A stretch of DNA of 64,000 nucleotides from an uncultured Ruegeria sp. (GCA_963422555.2 CAXXPZ010000034.1:13069-77068), one strand, 5' to 3'; positions 43,315 through 54,270 are shown, counted from the stretch's first letter. Notes: generated by a model from the letters alone, not told the origin. A program made the numbers and translations.

Positions 43315-44151
43315 TCAGCCGACAAAGGCCTTTTCGATCACGAATTCCTTGGGGTCCGAATTTGCACCTTCGTGCAGTCCGAACCCTTCCAGGATCGCCT
43401 TGATGTCGTGGTTAAAGGCCAGGCTGCCGCAGACCATGCCGCGATCGGTTTCCGGGTTGATCCCGCCTTCGATGCCCAGATCGGCAAAGACGGTCCCGTC
43501 CTGCAGCAGGGTGGTGATGCGACCCATCTTGGGGCTCTCTTCGCGGGTGGTGGTCGGGTAATAGCGGATCTTGTCGGCAAAACCCTCGCCCATCAGTTCG
43601 GCCAGCAACTCGTCCTGACGGATGCTGTCAATCAGCTGGCGACCATATTCCAATTCCGCGACTTCGCGGCAGGTATGGGTGATGATGATCTCGTCGTAAT
43701 CCTCGTAAGTCTGCGGTTCGCGCAGCAGTGAGGCAAATGGCGCAAAACCGGTGCCAGTGGCAAAGAACCACAGGCGTTTGCCGGGCAGCAATGCATCATG
43801 CACCAGGGTACCGACCGGTTTTGGGCGCAGGATGATCTGATCGCCGGGTTTGATATGCTGCAGTTTCGAGGTTAGCGGACCGTCCTGCACCTTGATCGAA
43901 TAGAATTCGAGTTCCTCGTCCCAGGACGGAGAGGCGATGGAATAGGCGCGCAACAGCGGTTTGCCGTTGTCACCCAGCAGGCCGATCATCACGAACTCAC
44001 CCGAGCGGAACCGCAAGGACGCAGGACGCGACACTTTGAACGAGAACAGGCTGTCGGTCCAGTGCTTGACCTCGGTCACGGTCTGGGCGTCGGGCAGGAC
44101 GGGGGCCTTTACGGCGGTTGCTTCGGTCACGGATTTCATCTCTGTCATCAT
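43315..44151 (-). CDS. fpr: Ferredoxin-NADP+ reductase
   Basis: RAYSIAS, GPLTS, ATGTGFAPF, MVCGS, EKAFVG motifs. Confidence 0.93.
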   Translation of the reverse strand: MMTEMKSVTEATAVKAPVLPDAQTVTEVKHWTDSLFSFKVSRPASLRFRSGEFVMIGLLGDNGKPLLRAYSIASPSWDEELEFYSIKVQDGPLTSKLQHIKPGDQIILRPKPVGTLVHDALLPGKRLWFFATGTGFAPFASLLREPQTYEDYDEIIITHTCREVAELEYGRQLIDSIRQDELLAELMGEGFADKIRYYPTTTREESPKMGRITTLLQDGTVFADLGIEGGINPETDRGMVCGSLAFNHDIKAILEGFGLHEGANSDPKEFVIEKAFVG

Positions 44152-44259
44152 TTCTCTGCCGGTCTGCTTAACCGACGTCTCCGTTTAATCGTTGATCCAA
44201 GTCAGGAAAAGGGGACAAACTGCCCCCCCCCTTAATTCACAAGCTGGCGATGGGCGGGC

Positions 44260-44667
44260 TCAACCGCGCAGGCGGGCCTGATAATTATGGTCTTTCCAAT
44301 CAGCACGGGCCAGCCACTGATCCTCGGGCTGTCGGGCAGACAACGCGTGGTCGATCTCGACCTCGTCAAACCCGCTGCGCCGCGCCATGGCGTATTGATC
44401 GGCCAACACGTGACCCTTGGCGCGCAACCGGCCGTCATAGCCTTTCAGGCGCAGTACCCGCGCGATGGTAAAGCCGCGCCCGTCACCAAAGGACGGAAAA
44501 TCAACGCGCACCATCCGGGCACTGCCCAGACGTTCGATCAATTCATCCGGGTCAGTGTCCGAGGCCACATCCAGCGCAACAACGTCATTCGCTGCGTCTT
44601 CCAATGTGACAAAGCCATCGGTCCAGTCGTCTGGGGCGAACCCGTCATCCGTTACGATTACATTCAT
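44260..44667 (-). CDS. DUF934 domain protein
   Basis: FPSFGDGRGFTIARVLR..LRAKGHVLADQY; in cys operon. Confidence 0.85.
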   Translation of the reverse strand: MNVIVTDDGFAPDDWTDGFVTLEDAANDVVALDVASDTDPDELIERLGSARMVRVDFPSFGDGRGFTIARVLRLKGYDGRLRAKGHVLADQYAMARRSGFDEVEIDHALSARQPEDQWLARADWKDHNYQARLRG

Positions 44668-45425
44668 GTTTTCTCTCCGGTGCGGACCATCTTGCCGTCG
44701 ACAAAATGGATGCCGCACTCTTCCTTGTCTGCGTTGCGCCAGCGTCCGGCGCGGGGGTCTTCGCCCTCTTTGACCGGCGAGGTGCAGGGAGCACAGCCGA
44801 TCGAAGGGTATCCTTGGGCCACCAGCGGGTGCCGGGGCAGGTTGTTTTCTTCCATATAGGCGCGCACATCCTCGGGCGCCCAATGGGCCAGCGGGTTGAC
44901 CTTGATCCGGCCAGTACCGTCCTCGACCTCAAAGAATTCCAGCGCCGCGCGGGTGCCGGACTGGAACCGTTTGCGCCCCGAAATCCAACCTTCGTAACCC
45001 GACAACGCCCGTTGCAGAGGGAATGTCTTGCGCAAATTGCAGCAGGCATCCGTGTCACGCAGGTGCAGCGCCCCATAAGGATCGTCGCGCTGAACGTCGT
45101 CTTCGTCCGCGCGGATGATACGGACGTTTGTCAGCCCCAGACGCTCGCTGACCTCATGCTGGTATTCCAGCGTTTCGGTAAACAGCATCTGGGTGTCGAT
45201 GAACACGACCGGTGTGGCCTTGTCGACCACCGCCGCCATATGCAGCAACACCACCGATTCCGCCCCAAAGCTGGAGACCAGCGCAAGCGACTCCACCTCG
45301 TGCAGCGCGCCATGCATCACATCATGGGCGCTGTGGTGACGAAACCGGGCGTTCAGCGCCTCGACCCGTTCGGTCAATTCGGCGCGGTCGCGGCCCAGTT
45401 CCGTTTGGATCAGATCAAGCGGCAT
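44664..45425 (-). CDS. cysH: Phosphoadenosine phosphosulfate reductase
   Basis: SSFGAES, CCNLRK, GYPSIGCAPCT and ECGIH motifs. Confidence 0.92.
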   Translation of the reverse strand: MPLDLIQTELGRDRAELTERVEALNARFRHHSAHDVMHGALHEVESLALVSSFGAESVVLLHMAAVVDKATPVVFIDTQMLFTETLEYQHEVSERLGLTNVRIIRADEDDVQRDDPYGALHLRDTDACCNLRKTFPLQRALSGYEGWISGRKRFQSGTRAALEFFEVEDGTGRIKVNPLAHWAPEDVRAYMEENNLPRHPLVAQGYPSIGCAPCTSPVKEGEDPRAGRWRNADKEECGIHFVDGKMVRTGEKT

Positions 45426-47079
45426 TCGCCTGCGCCTCGGGATAAAGCGCCGCCTTGAACGGCGCCATGCCGACACGGCGGTAGGTTTCCAGGAAGGTTT
45501 CCTCGGCGCTGTTGCGCTGTTCCAGATAGGTCTCGACGATGCGTTCCACCGCAGGAACGATCTGGTCATAGGCAAAACCCGGACCGGTGCGTTCGCCGAC
45601 CGCCGCCGTTTCGGTGGCGTCACCGCCCAGCGTGATCTGGTAGTTTTCCACACCAGCGCGGTCCAGGCCCAGAATGCCGATATGGCCGACATGGTGGTGC
45701 CCACAGGCGTTGATGCAGCCCGAAATCTTGATCTTCAGGTGACCAATGTCATGCTCAAGCTTCAGATCGTCAAACCGGGTTGCGATTTCCTGCGCAACCG
45801 GGATCGCACGGGCAGTGGCCAGCGCGCAGTAATCCATGCCGGGGCAGGCGATGATGTCGCTGATCAGGCCGATATTGGCGGTCGCCAGTTCGTGTTCTTT
45901 CAAACGCGCGTGGATCGCGGGCAGGTCCGATTTGTGGACATGCGGCAGGATCACGTTCTGCTCATGGCTGATGCGTAGTTCGTCATAGGCGAACTCTTCG
46001 GCCAGATCGGCCATCACGCGCATTTGCTCAGCCGTTGCATCACCCGGCGTCTGGCCGTGTTTTTTGATTGAGATGGTGACAATCGCATGGTCCGCGTTCT
46101 TGTGCGGCGCGATGTTGGTGTCGACCCACGAACGGAATACCGGATCGTTGGTGTAGGCACCTTCAAACGAGGCCACCGAACCGTTGCGGAAGGCAGGAGG
46201 GGCAAAGTGGCCCTTGATTTCCTCCAGCAAGGCCATATCCGCGCCCTTGAACTGCGGGCGGACCTTGAGAAAGCGTTCGTTGACCTTGGCGCGGATCGCA
46301 TCGATGCCATGCTCGTGCACGGTGATCTTGATGCGCGCCTTGTATTTGTTGTCGCGGCGACCGATCTGGTTCCAGACGGAAACGGTGGCCTCAAGATAGG
46401 CCAGCAGATCGTCAAAGGCGACGAATTCGGACAGTTCCTTGCCGATCATCGGGGTACGGCCCAGACCGCCACCAACGATGACGCGGGCGCCCAGCACACC
46501 GTCACGCTCAACCAGTTGCAGACCGATGTCATGCGCCTTGATCACGGCGCGGTCGTTTTCAGACCCTGTGATGGCGATCTTGAATTTACGCGGCATGAAC
46601 TGGAATTCCGGGTGGTCGGTCGACCACTGGCGCAGCAATTCGGCGTAAGGCCGGGGATCGGCGACCTCATCCGCGGCGGCACCGGCGAAATGGTCGGCGG
46701 TCACGTTGCGGATGGTGTTGCCGCTGGTCTGGATGGCGTGCATGCCAACCTCAGCCAGCGCGTCCAGCATATCTGGTACGTCGTTCAGCTTCGGCCAGTT
46801 GTACTGGATGTTCTGGCGGGTGGTGAAATGGCCGTAGCCCTTGTCCCACTTTTCGGCCAGCAGGGCCAGTTGGCGCATCTGTGCACTGCTGAGCGTGCCA
46901 TAGGGAATAGCGACGCGCAGCATGTAGGCGTGCAGTTGCAGATACAGGCCGTTCATCAGGCGCAGCGGCTTGAATTCATCCTCGGTCAACGAACCGTCAA
47001 TGCGGCGCTCGACCTGAGCGCGGAACTGCGCGTTACGCTCTGCCAGAAAATCTGTGTCAAACTCGGAGTAGCGATACAT
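45415..47079 (-). CDS. cysI: Sulfite/nitrite reductase hemoprotein
   Basis: TTRQNIQ, PRKFK, ACPGMDYC and SGCINACG motifs. Confidence 0.9.
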   Translation of the reverse strand: MYRYSEFDTDFLAERNAQFRAQVERRIDGSLTEDEFKPLRLMNGLYLQLHAYMLRVAIPYGTLSSAQMRQLALLAEKWDKGYGHFTTRQNIQYNWPKLNDVPDMLDALAEVGMHAIQTSGNTIRNVTADHFAGAAADEVADPRPYAELLRQWSTDHPEFQFMPRKFKIAITGSENDRAVIKAHDIGLQLVERDGVLGARVIVGGGLGRTPMIGKELSEFVAFDDLLAYLEATVSVWNQIGRRDNKYKARIKITVHEHGIDAIRAKVNERFLKVRPQFKGADMALLEEIKGHFAPPAFRNGSVASFEGAYTNDPVFRSWVDTNIAPHKNADHAIVTISIKKHGQTPGDATAEQMRVMADLAEEFAYDELRISHEQNVILPHVHKSDLPAIHARLKEHELATANIGLISDIIACPGMDYCALATARAIPVAQEIATRFDDLKLEHDIGHLKIKISGCINACGHHHVGHIGILGLDRAGVENYQITLGGDATETAAVGERTGPGFAYDQIVPAVERIVETYLEQRNSAEETFLETYRRVGMAPFKAALYPEAQANAA

Positions 47080-47146
47080 GTCTAGCTGTCCTTAGTTGCA
47101 GCCCCGAACCTTGGGGCCTTGATAGGGGAGAGAGAAGGGCCAGAGG

Positions 47147-47461
47147 TCAGGCCCGGGGCTGCGGGGAAGTTTCCTGTTTGCCGTGGGCATAGTTGGACGG
47201 ACCAGTTCGGCGGAAGTCTTCCCGGAAATGGGTGGGTTCGGGGCCGTTTTCGCTGGCCACCGCATCGGCCAGATAGGCACCGACGATCTTGTTGGCCTGA
47301 CGTGCGGCATCCAGCAGGCGAACCTGCGCATGGGCTTCGTCGGTGATCAACTCCGCATCGGACAGTTCACGCGACCAGCGGTCGTCTTCGGTCAGGTAAA
47401 TCACGTCGCCTTCCAGCAGGTCGTTGGCGGTGACGACTTTTGGGGTAAATGCGCGGGCCAT
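47147..47461 (-). CDS. DUF2849 domain protein
   Basis: KVVTANDLLEGDVIYL..HFREDFRRTGPS; typical position between cysG and cysI. Confidence 0.8.
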   Translation of the reverse strand: MARAFTPKVVTANDLLEGDVIYLTEDDRWSRELSDAELITDEAHAQVRLLDAARQANKIVGAYLADAVASENGPEPTHFREDFRRTGPSNYAHGKQETSPQPRA

Positions 47462-48237
47462 CAGGCAAGCTCCTTGTTGAATTCGGTCAGGGCGGCAGCC
47501 GCATTGCGCGGTGCGAGGCCATAAAATGTCAGGGCAGGGCCGTCCATTTCGGCGGCGGCCAGGTCGGTCGGCAATTGATCCAGCGTTGTGGACAGCACCC
47601 GCTGATCCGTGCGCGAGGCGTTTTCGACCAGCGTCACCGGGGTGGCGCGATCTGCGCCGTGCATGATCAGGCGACCCTGAATGAACCGGGCCGATTTCTT
47701 GCCCATATAGATTGCGGCCACCGACCCCGGGCGCGCCAGCGCGGCCCAGTCGTGATCGGCAAAGCCTTTCATGTCGTGCCCGGTCAGAAACCGGATTGAC
47801 GAGTTTCGCCCCCGACGGGTCAGGCTTTGACCGATGGTCGCAACCGCAGCCGAGGCGGCCGTGACACCGGGCACGATGCGCCAAGGGATACCTGCGGCCT
47901 CAACAGTCTCGATCTCTTCGTCGAGGCGGCCAAAGACGGTGGGGTCGCCCGATTTCAGGCGAACGACGCGTTGTCCCTTAAGGGCATGCGCGACCAGCAG
48001 GGCTTCAATGTCGCTTTGGTCCCAGGACGGGCCGAACCCGGCCTTGCCCACATCGATCAGCACAGCCGTTTTACCGGCCAGCGCAAGAACCTCGTCGCTG
48101 ATCAGGCGGTCATGCAAAACGACATCTGCCCGGTCAAAGGCCGCAATGGCCTTGACGGTCAGCAATTCCGGATCGCCGGGGCCCGCGCCGACAAAATCGA
48201 CATGTCCGGTGTCACCTATCGTTTTCGAATGCAGCAT
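47461..48237 (-). CDS. cobA: Uroporphyrinogen-III C-methyltransferase
   Basis: VGAGPGDPELLT, VVRLKSGDP and VPGVTA motifs; methyltransferase domain only. Confidence 0.88.
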   Translation of the reverse strand: MLHSKTIGDTGHVDFVGAGPGDPELLTVKAIAAFDRADVVLHDRLISDEVLALAGKTAVLIDVGKAGFGPSWDQSDIEALLVAHALKGQRVVRLKSGDPTVFGRLDEEIETVEAAGIPWRIVPGVTAASAAVATIGQSLTRRGRNSSIRFLTGHDMKGFADHDWAALARPGSVAAIYMGKKSARFIQGRLIMHGADRATPVTLVENASRTDQRVLSTTLDQLPTDLAAAEMDGPALTFYGLAPRNAAAALTEFNKELA

Positions 48238-48380
48238 CTGTTGGTCCGGCTGTGGTTTGACTTGTCTTGTAATATAGGAAATATTCCCCCCAAAGCGCCA
48301 TATTGCCGGTCAAATAAGGACATTTGTTCTAAAATGCTGCAGGCGCAGAACGTGAGTTTTGAAACGAGAGGAAAACAGGG

Positions 48381-48860
48381 ATGTCGGTGCGAATAGACGC
48401 CACAGATCGGAAAATTCTGGCCGAGCTGCAGCGCGATGCCAGCCAATCGCTGGACGAAATCGCGGCTCAGGTCGGCAGTTCCAAGACGCCGGTCTGGAAT
48501 CGAATCCGCAAGCTCAAAAGCGCGGGCGTCATTGGTCAGCAGACTGTGCTACTGGACGCCGAGGCACTGGGGTTCGAGGCCACGTTCTTTGTTCTGATCC
48601 GCACATCCGAACACGAATCCGACTGGCAGCGCAGGTTCCTGAAGGCGCTGCGTGACCGGCCCGAAGTGCAGGAGGCGCATCGGCTCGCGGGCGACATCGA
48701 CTATATCCTGAAAGTGCGGGTACAGAACGCGCGCGCCTATGATGCGTTTTACCAAAACCTGATTTCAGAAGTGAAGGTACATAACGTCACCGCGCTGTTG
48801 TCGATGGAAGAAATCAAATCTACGACCATGTTGCCGCTCAGAACATTGTCCGACGACTGA
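48381..48860 (+). CDS. Lrp/AsnC family transcriptional regulator
   Basis: DRKILAELQRDAS..HTH, RLAGDIDY; divergent from the cys operon. Confidence 0.9.
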   Translation: MSVRIDATDRKILAELQRDASQSLDEIAAQVGSSKTPVWNRIRKLKSAGVIGQQTVLLDAEALGFEATFFVLIRTSEHESDWQRRFLKALRDRPEVQEAHRLAGDIDYILKVRVQNARAYDAFYQNLISEVKVHNVTALLSMEEIKSTTMLPLRTLSDD

Positions 48861-48925
48861 CGGGCTGGGTGCGGTTGTCAGGTCTGAACCATCAACCGGG
48901 TCAGCCCGTGGAAGTGATAGGTGTT

Positions 48926-49994
48926 GGCTCTATTCGTACATCGTATTGATGCTCATTCCAGCGAGGGCGCTGGCGAGGCAGTGCCTCGGGGTTGGGTTCT
49001 TCTGCAGGACTATGAGATGGAACCAGCGCAGATAGCTGGCAAGATATTTTGTGGCGATCCCCCGGCGGTTACCAATAAACCCCTTGAGGCGGGAGTGACG
49101 GTTGTTGACGTTTTGGATATGGAGTTCGCCGCGAACGCGTTCACCGGAAGACTGGTTGAGCGCTTCGTGGCTGACACACAGGGCGGCAGCACACGGCGGA
49201 TAGCTGGTGCCCCCATCGGTCACCAGCAGTGCATCCTTGTCCATGACCGGCGCGAGAACCTCCCGCAGAGCGGCAGCATTGACCGCAGGCAGGACGGCAC
49301 TAACGGTCGTGCCGGAGCGATCTGTCGCGACCAGAACCGGCACCTGCTCATCGGACAGGCCCCGCTTTGTTGCCTTGCCCCCGCGCTTTCGGGCCTTTCG
49401 GTCCGGCTTTTTTGCAGAGGATTTGCCTTCCGTGGCCCGTGTCCAAACACGATCCCCTTTGCGGCTTTCAAGAAAATAGGTTTCGTCGGCCTCGACAATG
49501 CCCTTCAGTTTTTCGGCGGTGGATTTGATCCCGGCAAGGAAGCGGTGTCGCCAGCGAAAGGCGGTGCTCCCGGCTATGCCACAGCGCTTTGCCGAAACTG
49601 CCACCGTATCGCCATTGGCGAGGCATTCGCTGAACGTCAGCCAAAGATCCTTGCGGTGCAGGCCGCTCAGTGGTGTACCCGTCACCGCTCCAAAGGTTCG
49701 ATTGCAGGATCGGCAAAGATAGCGTTGCATTCCCCGCGACTTGCCATTGGCCACTGCACCGTGTGCGCCGCAATGCGGGCAGGTCCGGTCTTCTCCAACA
49801 CCCAGCTCAACTGCCGCAACCGAGGCTTCACCCGCTGGGCGACCGGCCAGAACCTCACCGACCTCTACTTTCTGCGCCTCGCTCAACGTGTCGACCTCCG
49901 ACAACCAGGCAAGAAAGGCTTTCCGGTCCATAATGCGCATCCTCCTGTATTTCAGACAAAATATAACACATCAATACGATGTGCGAATAGAGCT
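48926..49994 (-). mobile_element. IS1595-family element, copy 2
   Basis: Near-identical to copy 1 (1069 bp); 8-bp duplication TAGGTGTT at 48918-48925 and 49995-50002. Confidence 0.93.
48930..49940 (-). CDS. IS1595 family transposase
   Basis: Same protein as 26552-27562 apart from one M/L change. Confidence 0.93.
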   Translation of the reverse strand: MRIMDRKAFLAWLSEVDTLSEAQKVEVGEVLAGRPAGEASVAAVELGVGEDRTCPHCGAHGAVANGKSRGMQRYLCRSCNRTFGAVTGTPLSGLHRKDLWLTFSECLANGDTVAVSAKRCGIAGSTAFRWRHRFLAGIKSTAEKLKGIVEADETYFLESRKGDRVWTRATEGKSSAKKPDRKARKRGGKATKRGLSDEQVPVLVATDRSGTTVSAVLPAVNAAALREVLAPVMDKDALLVTDGGTSYPPCAAALCVSHEALNQSSGERVRGELHIQNVNNRHSRLKGFIGNRRGIATKYLASYLRWFHLIVLQKNPTPRHCLASALAGMSINTMYE

Positions 49995-51184
49995 TAGGTG
50001 TTTGAATACTGCGCTGTCTCGGTCAGGCGCAGGTTCGGGCATCTGTCAAACAGAACGCGCAGGGCAACGCGCATTTCAAGCCGCGCCAACGGGGCACCTA
50101 CGCAGAAATGCAGGCCGCCGCCGAAACTGGCATTGGCCGTGATCTCGCGGGCAGGATCGAACAGATCGGGATTGGGCCAGATGTCCGGATCCCGGTTTGC
50201 CGCGCCCAGCAGCAGGGCAACCTGATCACCACGGGTAAAGGATTGGCCGAACACCTCGATATCCTCATAGGCGTATCGCGTGAACATGTGCAGCGGCGGG
50301 TCGTGGCGCAGAATTTCCTCGACTGTCTGGTCAATGGTGTCAGCGGTGTAATCTTGTGACCGGACCCCTTTCGTCAGCACTGTATTCAGCCCATTTCCAA
50401 GGCTGTGCACGGTTGCCTCATGTCCCGCGTTCAGCAGCAGGATGCAGGTGGCGATCAACTCATCGCGGTTGAGTTTCTCGCCGTCCTGCTCGGCCTGGAT
50501 CAGGCGGGTGATCAGATCGTCGCGCGGGTCTTTGCGGCGTAGATCGATATAGGTGGTCAAAAAGGCGGTAAAGGCGCTGGACGCCCCGGGCCGCCGCGTC
50601 TTCGGTTTGTTGCGTGCGACTGGCCTGATACATCGCGACCATGTCATGCGACCATTCCAACAGCTGCGGCGCCATCTCTTCGGGCACGCCCAGAAGGCGG
50701 CAGATCGTGACCACGGGAACCTGCGTGCAATAGGCTGGCAGCAGATCGAACGGCGTATCGGGAAAACCGTCGATCAGCGAATGGCATAGCTGCTCAATCT
50801 CGGGCTCTAACGCCGAAATGGCCCGCGAGGTGAAGGCGCGCAGAACCAGGGCGCGCAGCCTTGTGTGACGGGGCGGCTCAAGCTCCAGCATCGAATGCGC
50901 CTCGACCGTCAACCAGGGGGCCAGATGCGCCGGACCCGGCGTTGCCAGTTCGGGCGGGACCTCGCGGCCAAAGCGGCGGTCGCGCAGCAGGGTGTGAACC
51001 GCCCGGTGCGACACGGCTGCAACCATGTTGTAGTCGCTCCAGAACACCAAATCCCCATGCTGACGCGCCGCATCGTAAAAAGGATAGGGGATCTGCACAA
51101 AGGAAGGATCGGTCGGGGATTGGGTCAACGTCTTCATGTGCTGCACACTTGCCATGGCGCGCGTCGAATGCAAGACCCTAGAAT

Positions 51185-52918
51185 ATGCAAAGGATTTGGA
51201 TCATCCTCGGGTTTCTGTGCGCGGTCGGGCTGCTGTCCGCCGGGGTCTGGACCTACGGCTATCGTCAGGCGCTTTCGCAACTGAGCGAAAAGGCCGAAGC
51301 CGACCTTGAACTGGCCGCTGACCGGTTGAGTACACAGATGCAGGTGTATCAGGAGCTGGCAGTGCTGATGGCCGCTCATCCCGTTCTGCAGGCGCTAGAA
51401 ACCCCGGAACAGCGCCGGGCGGCGCAAGTGATGTTGCTGGACGTGGCGGACAAAACTGCAGCTGTTGACATAATGTATCTGGATCACAACGGTCGGGTTC
51501 TGGCTGCGGCGCAACCGGTGACGCAGCACTCCATGGTCGGGCACCCTGCGTTCAGACGCGCCATGCAAGGGGCATTGGGCAGTGCCCATGGCGTCCAGCC
51601 GGACAGCGGTGACAGGATTTATTCCTATGCGGCCCCAACCTTTGGCCCATCGGGGCGGGTCGAGGGTGCATTGATCGTCATCGCCGATGTGCAGGACGTA
51701 GAACAGACCTGGCGCGGCAGTACCGAGGCGGTGTTTTTCATCGATGCGGACGGGGTTGTCTTTATCTCGAACCGGTCCGATTTGCTGCTCTGGCAGCGCA
51801 CGGACGGCCAGCAGGGGTTGACGCCGCCTGAGGGTGGCGCGGTTGATTTCGCCTCGATCCGGGTTGGTGAGCATGAGCTGTGGAAGCTGAACTGGGGCCG
51901 CTATCTGCCGCATCACGCACTGCATTTGACCCTTGATCTGCCGGTGATCGACATGACCGCCGAGGTGCTGGTGGATGTCGCACCCGCGCGACGGTTGGCA
52001 ACGTTGCAGGCCGCCGCTGTCGCCGCGATCTGTTTGGCATTCGGCGCGTTTCTGTTCCTTGCGACCGAGCGTCGGCGTACTCTGGCCGAGGCCAACGCAG
52101 TGCTGGAAAGCCGGGTGGCGCAGCGCACGCGGGCCCTGACGGCCGCCAACACCGCCCTGCGCCGTGAAGTGTCCGAGCGGCAGGATGCAGAGGCCGCGCT
52201 GAGACAGGCGCAGGCTGATCTGGTTCAGGCAGGAAAGCTGAGCGCGCTTGGCAAAATGTCCGCCGGAATCAGCCATGAACTGAACCAGCCCCTGATGGCT
52301 ATCCGCCAATTTGCCGACAACGGATCAGCCTTTTTGTCCCGTGGCAATGAGGCCCGGGCCGGGGAAAATCTGGGGCGGATATCCGACATGGCCACACGCA
52401 TGGCCCGGATTATCAAGAATCTGCGGGCCTTTGCCCGCAATGAAAGTGAACCGATGGGGCGGGTGGATCTGGTTCAGGTTCTCAACACCGCTGTGGAATT
52501 GACCGAGACCCGATTGCACGCCGATGCTGTCACGTTGGACTGGGACGCGCCAAACACGCCGGTCTGGGTCTGGGGAGGCGAGGTCCGGTTGGTTCAGGTC
52601 TTCGTCAATCTGATCAGCAATGCGGCGGACGCAATGGCGGGACGAGAGGACGCGCAGGTTACGATAACGCTCTATCCAGACGGGCGGCCACGGGTTTCCA
52701 TCCGCGACACCGGGCCCGGCATCGAGGATCCCGACCGCGTGTTCGAGCCGTTTTATACGACCAAATCCGTCGGCAGCTCCGAAGGGATGGGGCTGGGCCT
52801 GTCGATTTCCTACGGGCTGGTGCAAAGTTTCGGGGGCGACATCCGGGGCACAAATACGCCGGACGGCGCGGAATTCACGGTCGAACTTGACACCTGTACC
52901 AAGGAAAAGGCCGCATGA
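51185..52918 (+). CDS. dctB: C4-dicarboxylate sensor histidine kinase
   Basis: Two TMs with Cache domain, SHELNQPL H-box, N/G/F boxes. Confidence 0.9.
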   Translation: MQRIWIILGFLCAVGLLSAGVWTYGYRQALSQLSEKAEADLELAADRLSTQMQVYQELAVLMAAHPVLQALETPEQRRAAQVMLLDVADKTAAVDIMYLDHNGRVLAAAQPVTQHSMVGHPAFRRAMQGALGSAHGVQPDSGDRIYSYAAPTFGPSGRVEGALIVIADVQDVEQTWRGSTEAVFFIDADGVVFISNRSDLLLWQRTDGQQGLTPPEGGAVDFASIRVGEHELWKLNWGRYLPHHALHLTLDLPVIDMTAEVLVDVAPARRLATLQAAAVAAICLAFGAFLFLATERRRTLAEANAVLESRVAQRTRALTAANTALRREVSERQDAEAALRQAQADLVQAGKLSALGKMSAGISHELNQPLMAIRQFADNGSAFLSRGNEARAGENLGRISDMATRMARIIKNLRAFARNESEPMGRVDLVQVLNTAVELTETRLHADAVTLDWDAPNTPVWVWGGEVRLVQVFVNLISNAADAMAGREDAQVTITLYPDGRPRVSIRDTGPGIEDPDRVFEPFYTTKSVGSSEGMGLGLSISYGLVQSFGGDIRGTNTPDGAEFTVELDTCTKEKAA

Positions 52919-54144
52919 CGCGAAAGGTGCTTTTGGTTGATGACGATGCAGCGGTGCGCGAGGCGCTGGCCCAGACGCTGGAGCTTGCGGAGTATGAACC
53001 GTTATCTGCAGGGTCTTTTGTTGCTGCCAAGGATCACATTCGCCGGGATTTTGCCGGGGTGATCGTCTCGGATATCCGGATGCCGGGAAGGGACGGGTTT
53101 CATCTGTTGACCTATGCGCGCGAGGTCGATCCGGAATTGCCGGTCATCCTGCTGACCGGAGAAGGCGACATTCCGATGGCAGTGCAGGCCATGGGGCAGG
53201 GCGCGTTCGACTTTCTGGAAAAGCCCTGCGCTGCGGATGATTTGTTGTCGGTGCTGCAAAAGGCCCACGCCGTGCGGGCCGAGGTTCTGAGCCAGCGAAA
53301 CCAAAAACGAGAGCTTGAGCGCGGCGATCCCGCAGCGCGTATGTTGTTCGGGTTGTCCGAACAGGCCGAGGCACTACGTGCACGCGTTCGCTCGGTCGCA
53401 CTCACCCGGGCCGAGGTTCTGGTGACGGGACCAGCAGGAAGCGGTATTTCCAAAGTGGCCGAGGTCGTGCACCTGATGTCGCCGGACGGGCAGGGACCAT
53501 TTGTCAAACGCCCGGCGTCCGGATTGTCGAGCGAGGATCTGGTGCGCAGTTGCGAAGATGCGGCCGGGGGCTCGTTGTTTCTGGATGAAATGTCCGCCAT
53601 GTCCGACGCCACCCAATACTCGGCCTTGGATATCATCGAAAAAGGCTCCCCCACGCGGATCATCGCCGGATCGACAGCCAATCTGGCCGAGATGTCGGAA
53701 CAGGGGCAGTTCAACGCCGATCTGTTCTATCGGCTGGATGTTATGCGCGTGCGCATTCCGTCGTTAGCCGAGCGGCCCGAGGATATTCCGGTGATCTTTC
53801 GACACTATGTTGCGCAAGCGGCGGAACAGGCCGGGATCACCGCGCCCGAGATCACGTCGGATCATCTTGCGGCGCTGATGGCACAGGAGTGGCCCGGAAA
53901 TGCGCGGTCGCTGATGTCCGCAGCGATGCGGTTTGTACTTGGTATGCCCGAAGACGCGGCGAAAGCGGCTGATCAGGGGTTGAGCGAGCAGATGGCGGGT
54001 GTTGAACGGTCACTCTTGATCGCAGCACTGGGGCGGCACAACGGAAAAGCCTCGGACGCGGCGAAGGCGCTGAAACTGCCGCGCAAGACATTCTATGACA
54101 AGCTGGCACGGTATCAGATACGACCCGAGGACTACCGTCGCTAA
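52915..54144 (+). CDS. dctD: DctD-like response regulator lacking the GAFTGA loop
   Basis: Receiver, degenerate AAA+ (LFLDE, DLFYRL, WPGN) and Fis-type HTH. Confidence 0.88.
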   Translation: MTRKVLLVDDDAAVREALAQTLELAEYEPLSAGSFVAAKDHIRRDFAGVIVSDIRMPGRDGFHLLTYAREVDPELPVILLTGEGDIPMAVQAMGQGAFDFLEKPCAADDLLSVLQKAHAVRAEVLSQRNQKRELERGDPAARMLFGLSEQAEALRARVRSVALTRAEVLVTGPAGSGISKVAEVVHLMSPDGQGPFVKRPASGLSSEDLVRSCEDAAGGSLFLDEMSAMSDATQYSALDIIEKGSPTRIIAGSTANLAEMSEQGQFNADLFYRLDVMRVRIPSLAERPEDIPVIFRHYVAQAAEQAGITAPEITSDHLAALMAQEWPGNARSLMSAAMRFVLGMPEDAAKAADQGLSEQMAGVERSLLIAALGRHNGKASDAAKALKLPRKTFYDKLARYQIRPEDYRR

Positions 54145-54270
54145 CGAACGGCTCCCGTCGGCTTTGACTGCATTGACATGCAGTACGCCGTTGGGCCCGG
54201 CAGCCCGCTGAGGCGGGCTGCGGTGGGCACCTGGTGTCTGGGAAGCGATTCGATCCACTGATTCGATATG

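Larger units (their letters stand above)
48878..51137 (-). pseudogene. Cytochrome P450, frameshifted and IS1595-interrupted
   Basis: AGHEAT, EEILR, FGGGLHFCVG heme motif; extra base in C4 at 50584-50587; native tail YHFHGLTRLMVQT* at 48878-48920 beyond the IS. Confidence 0.87.
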
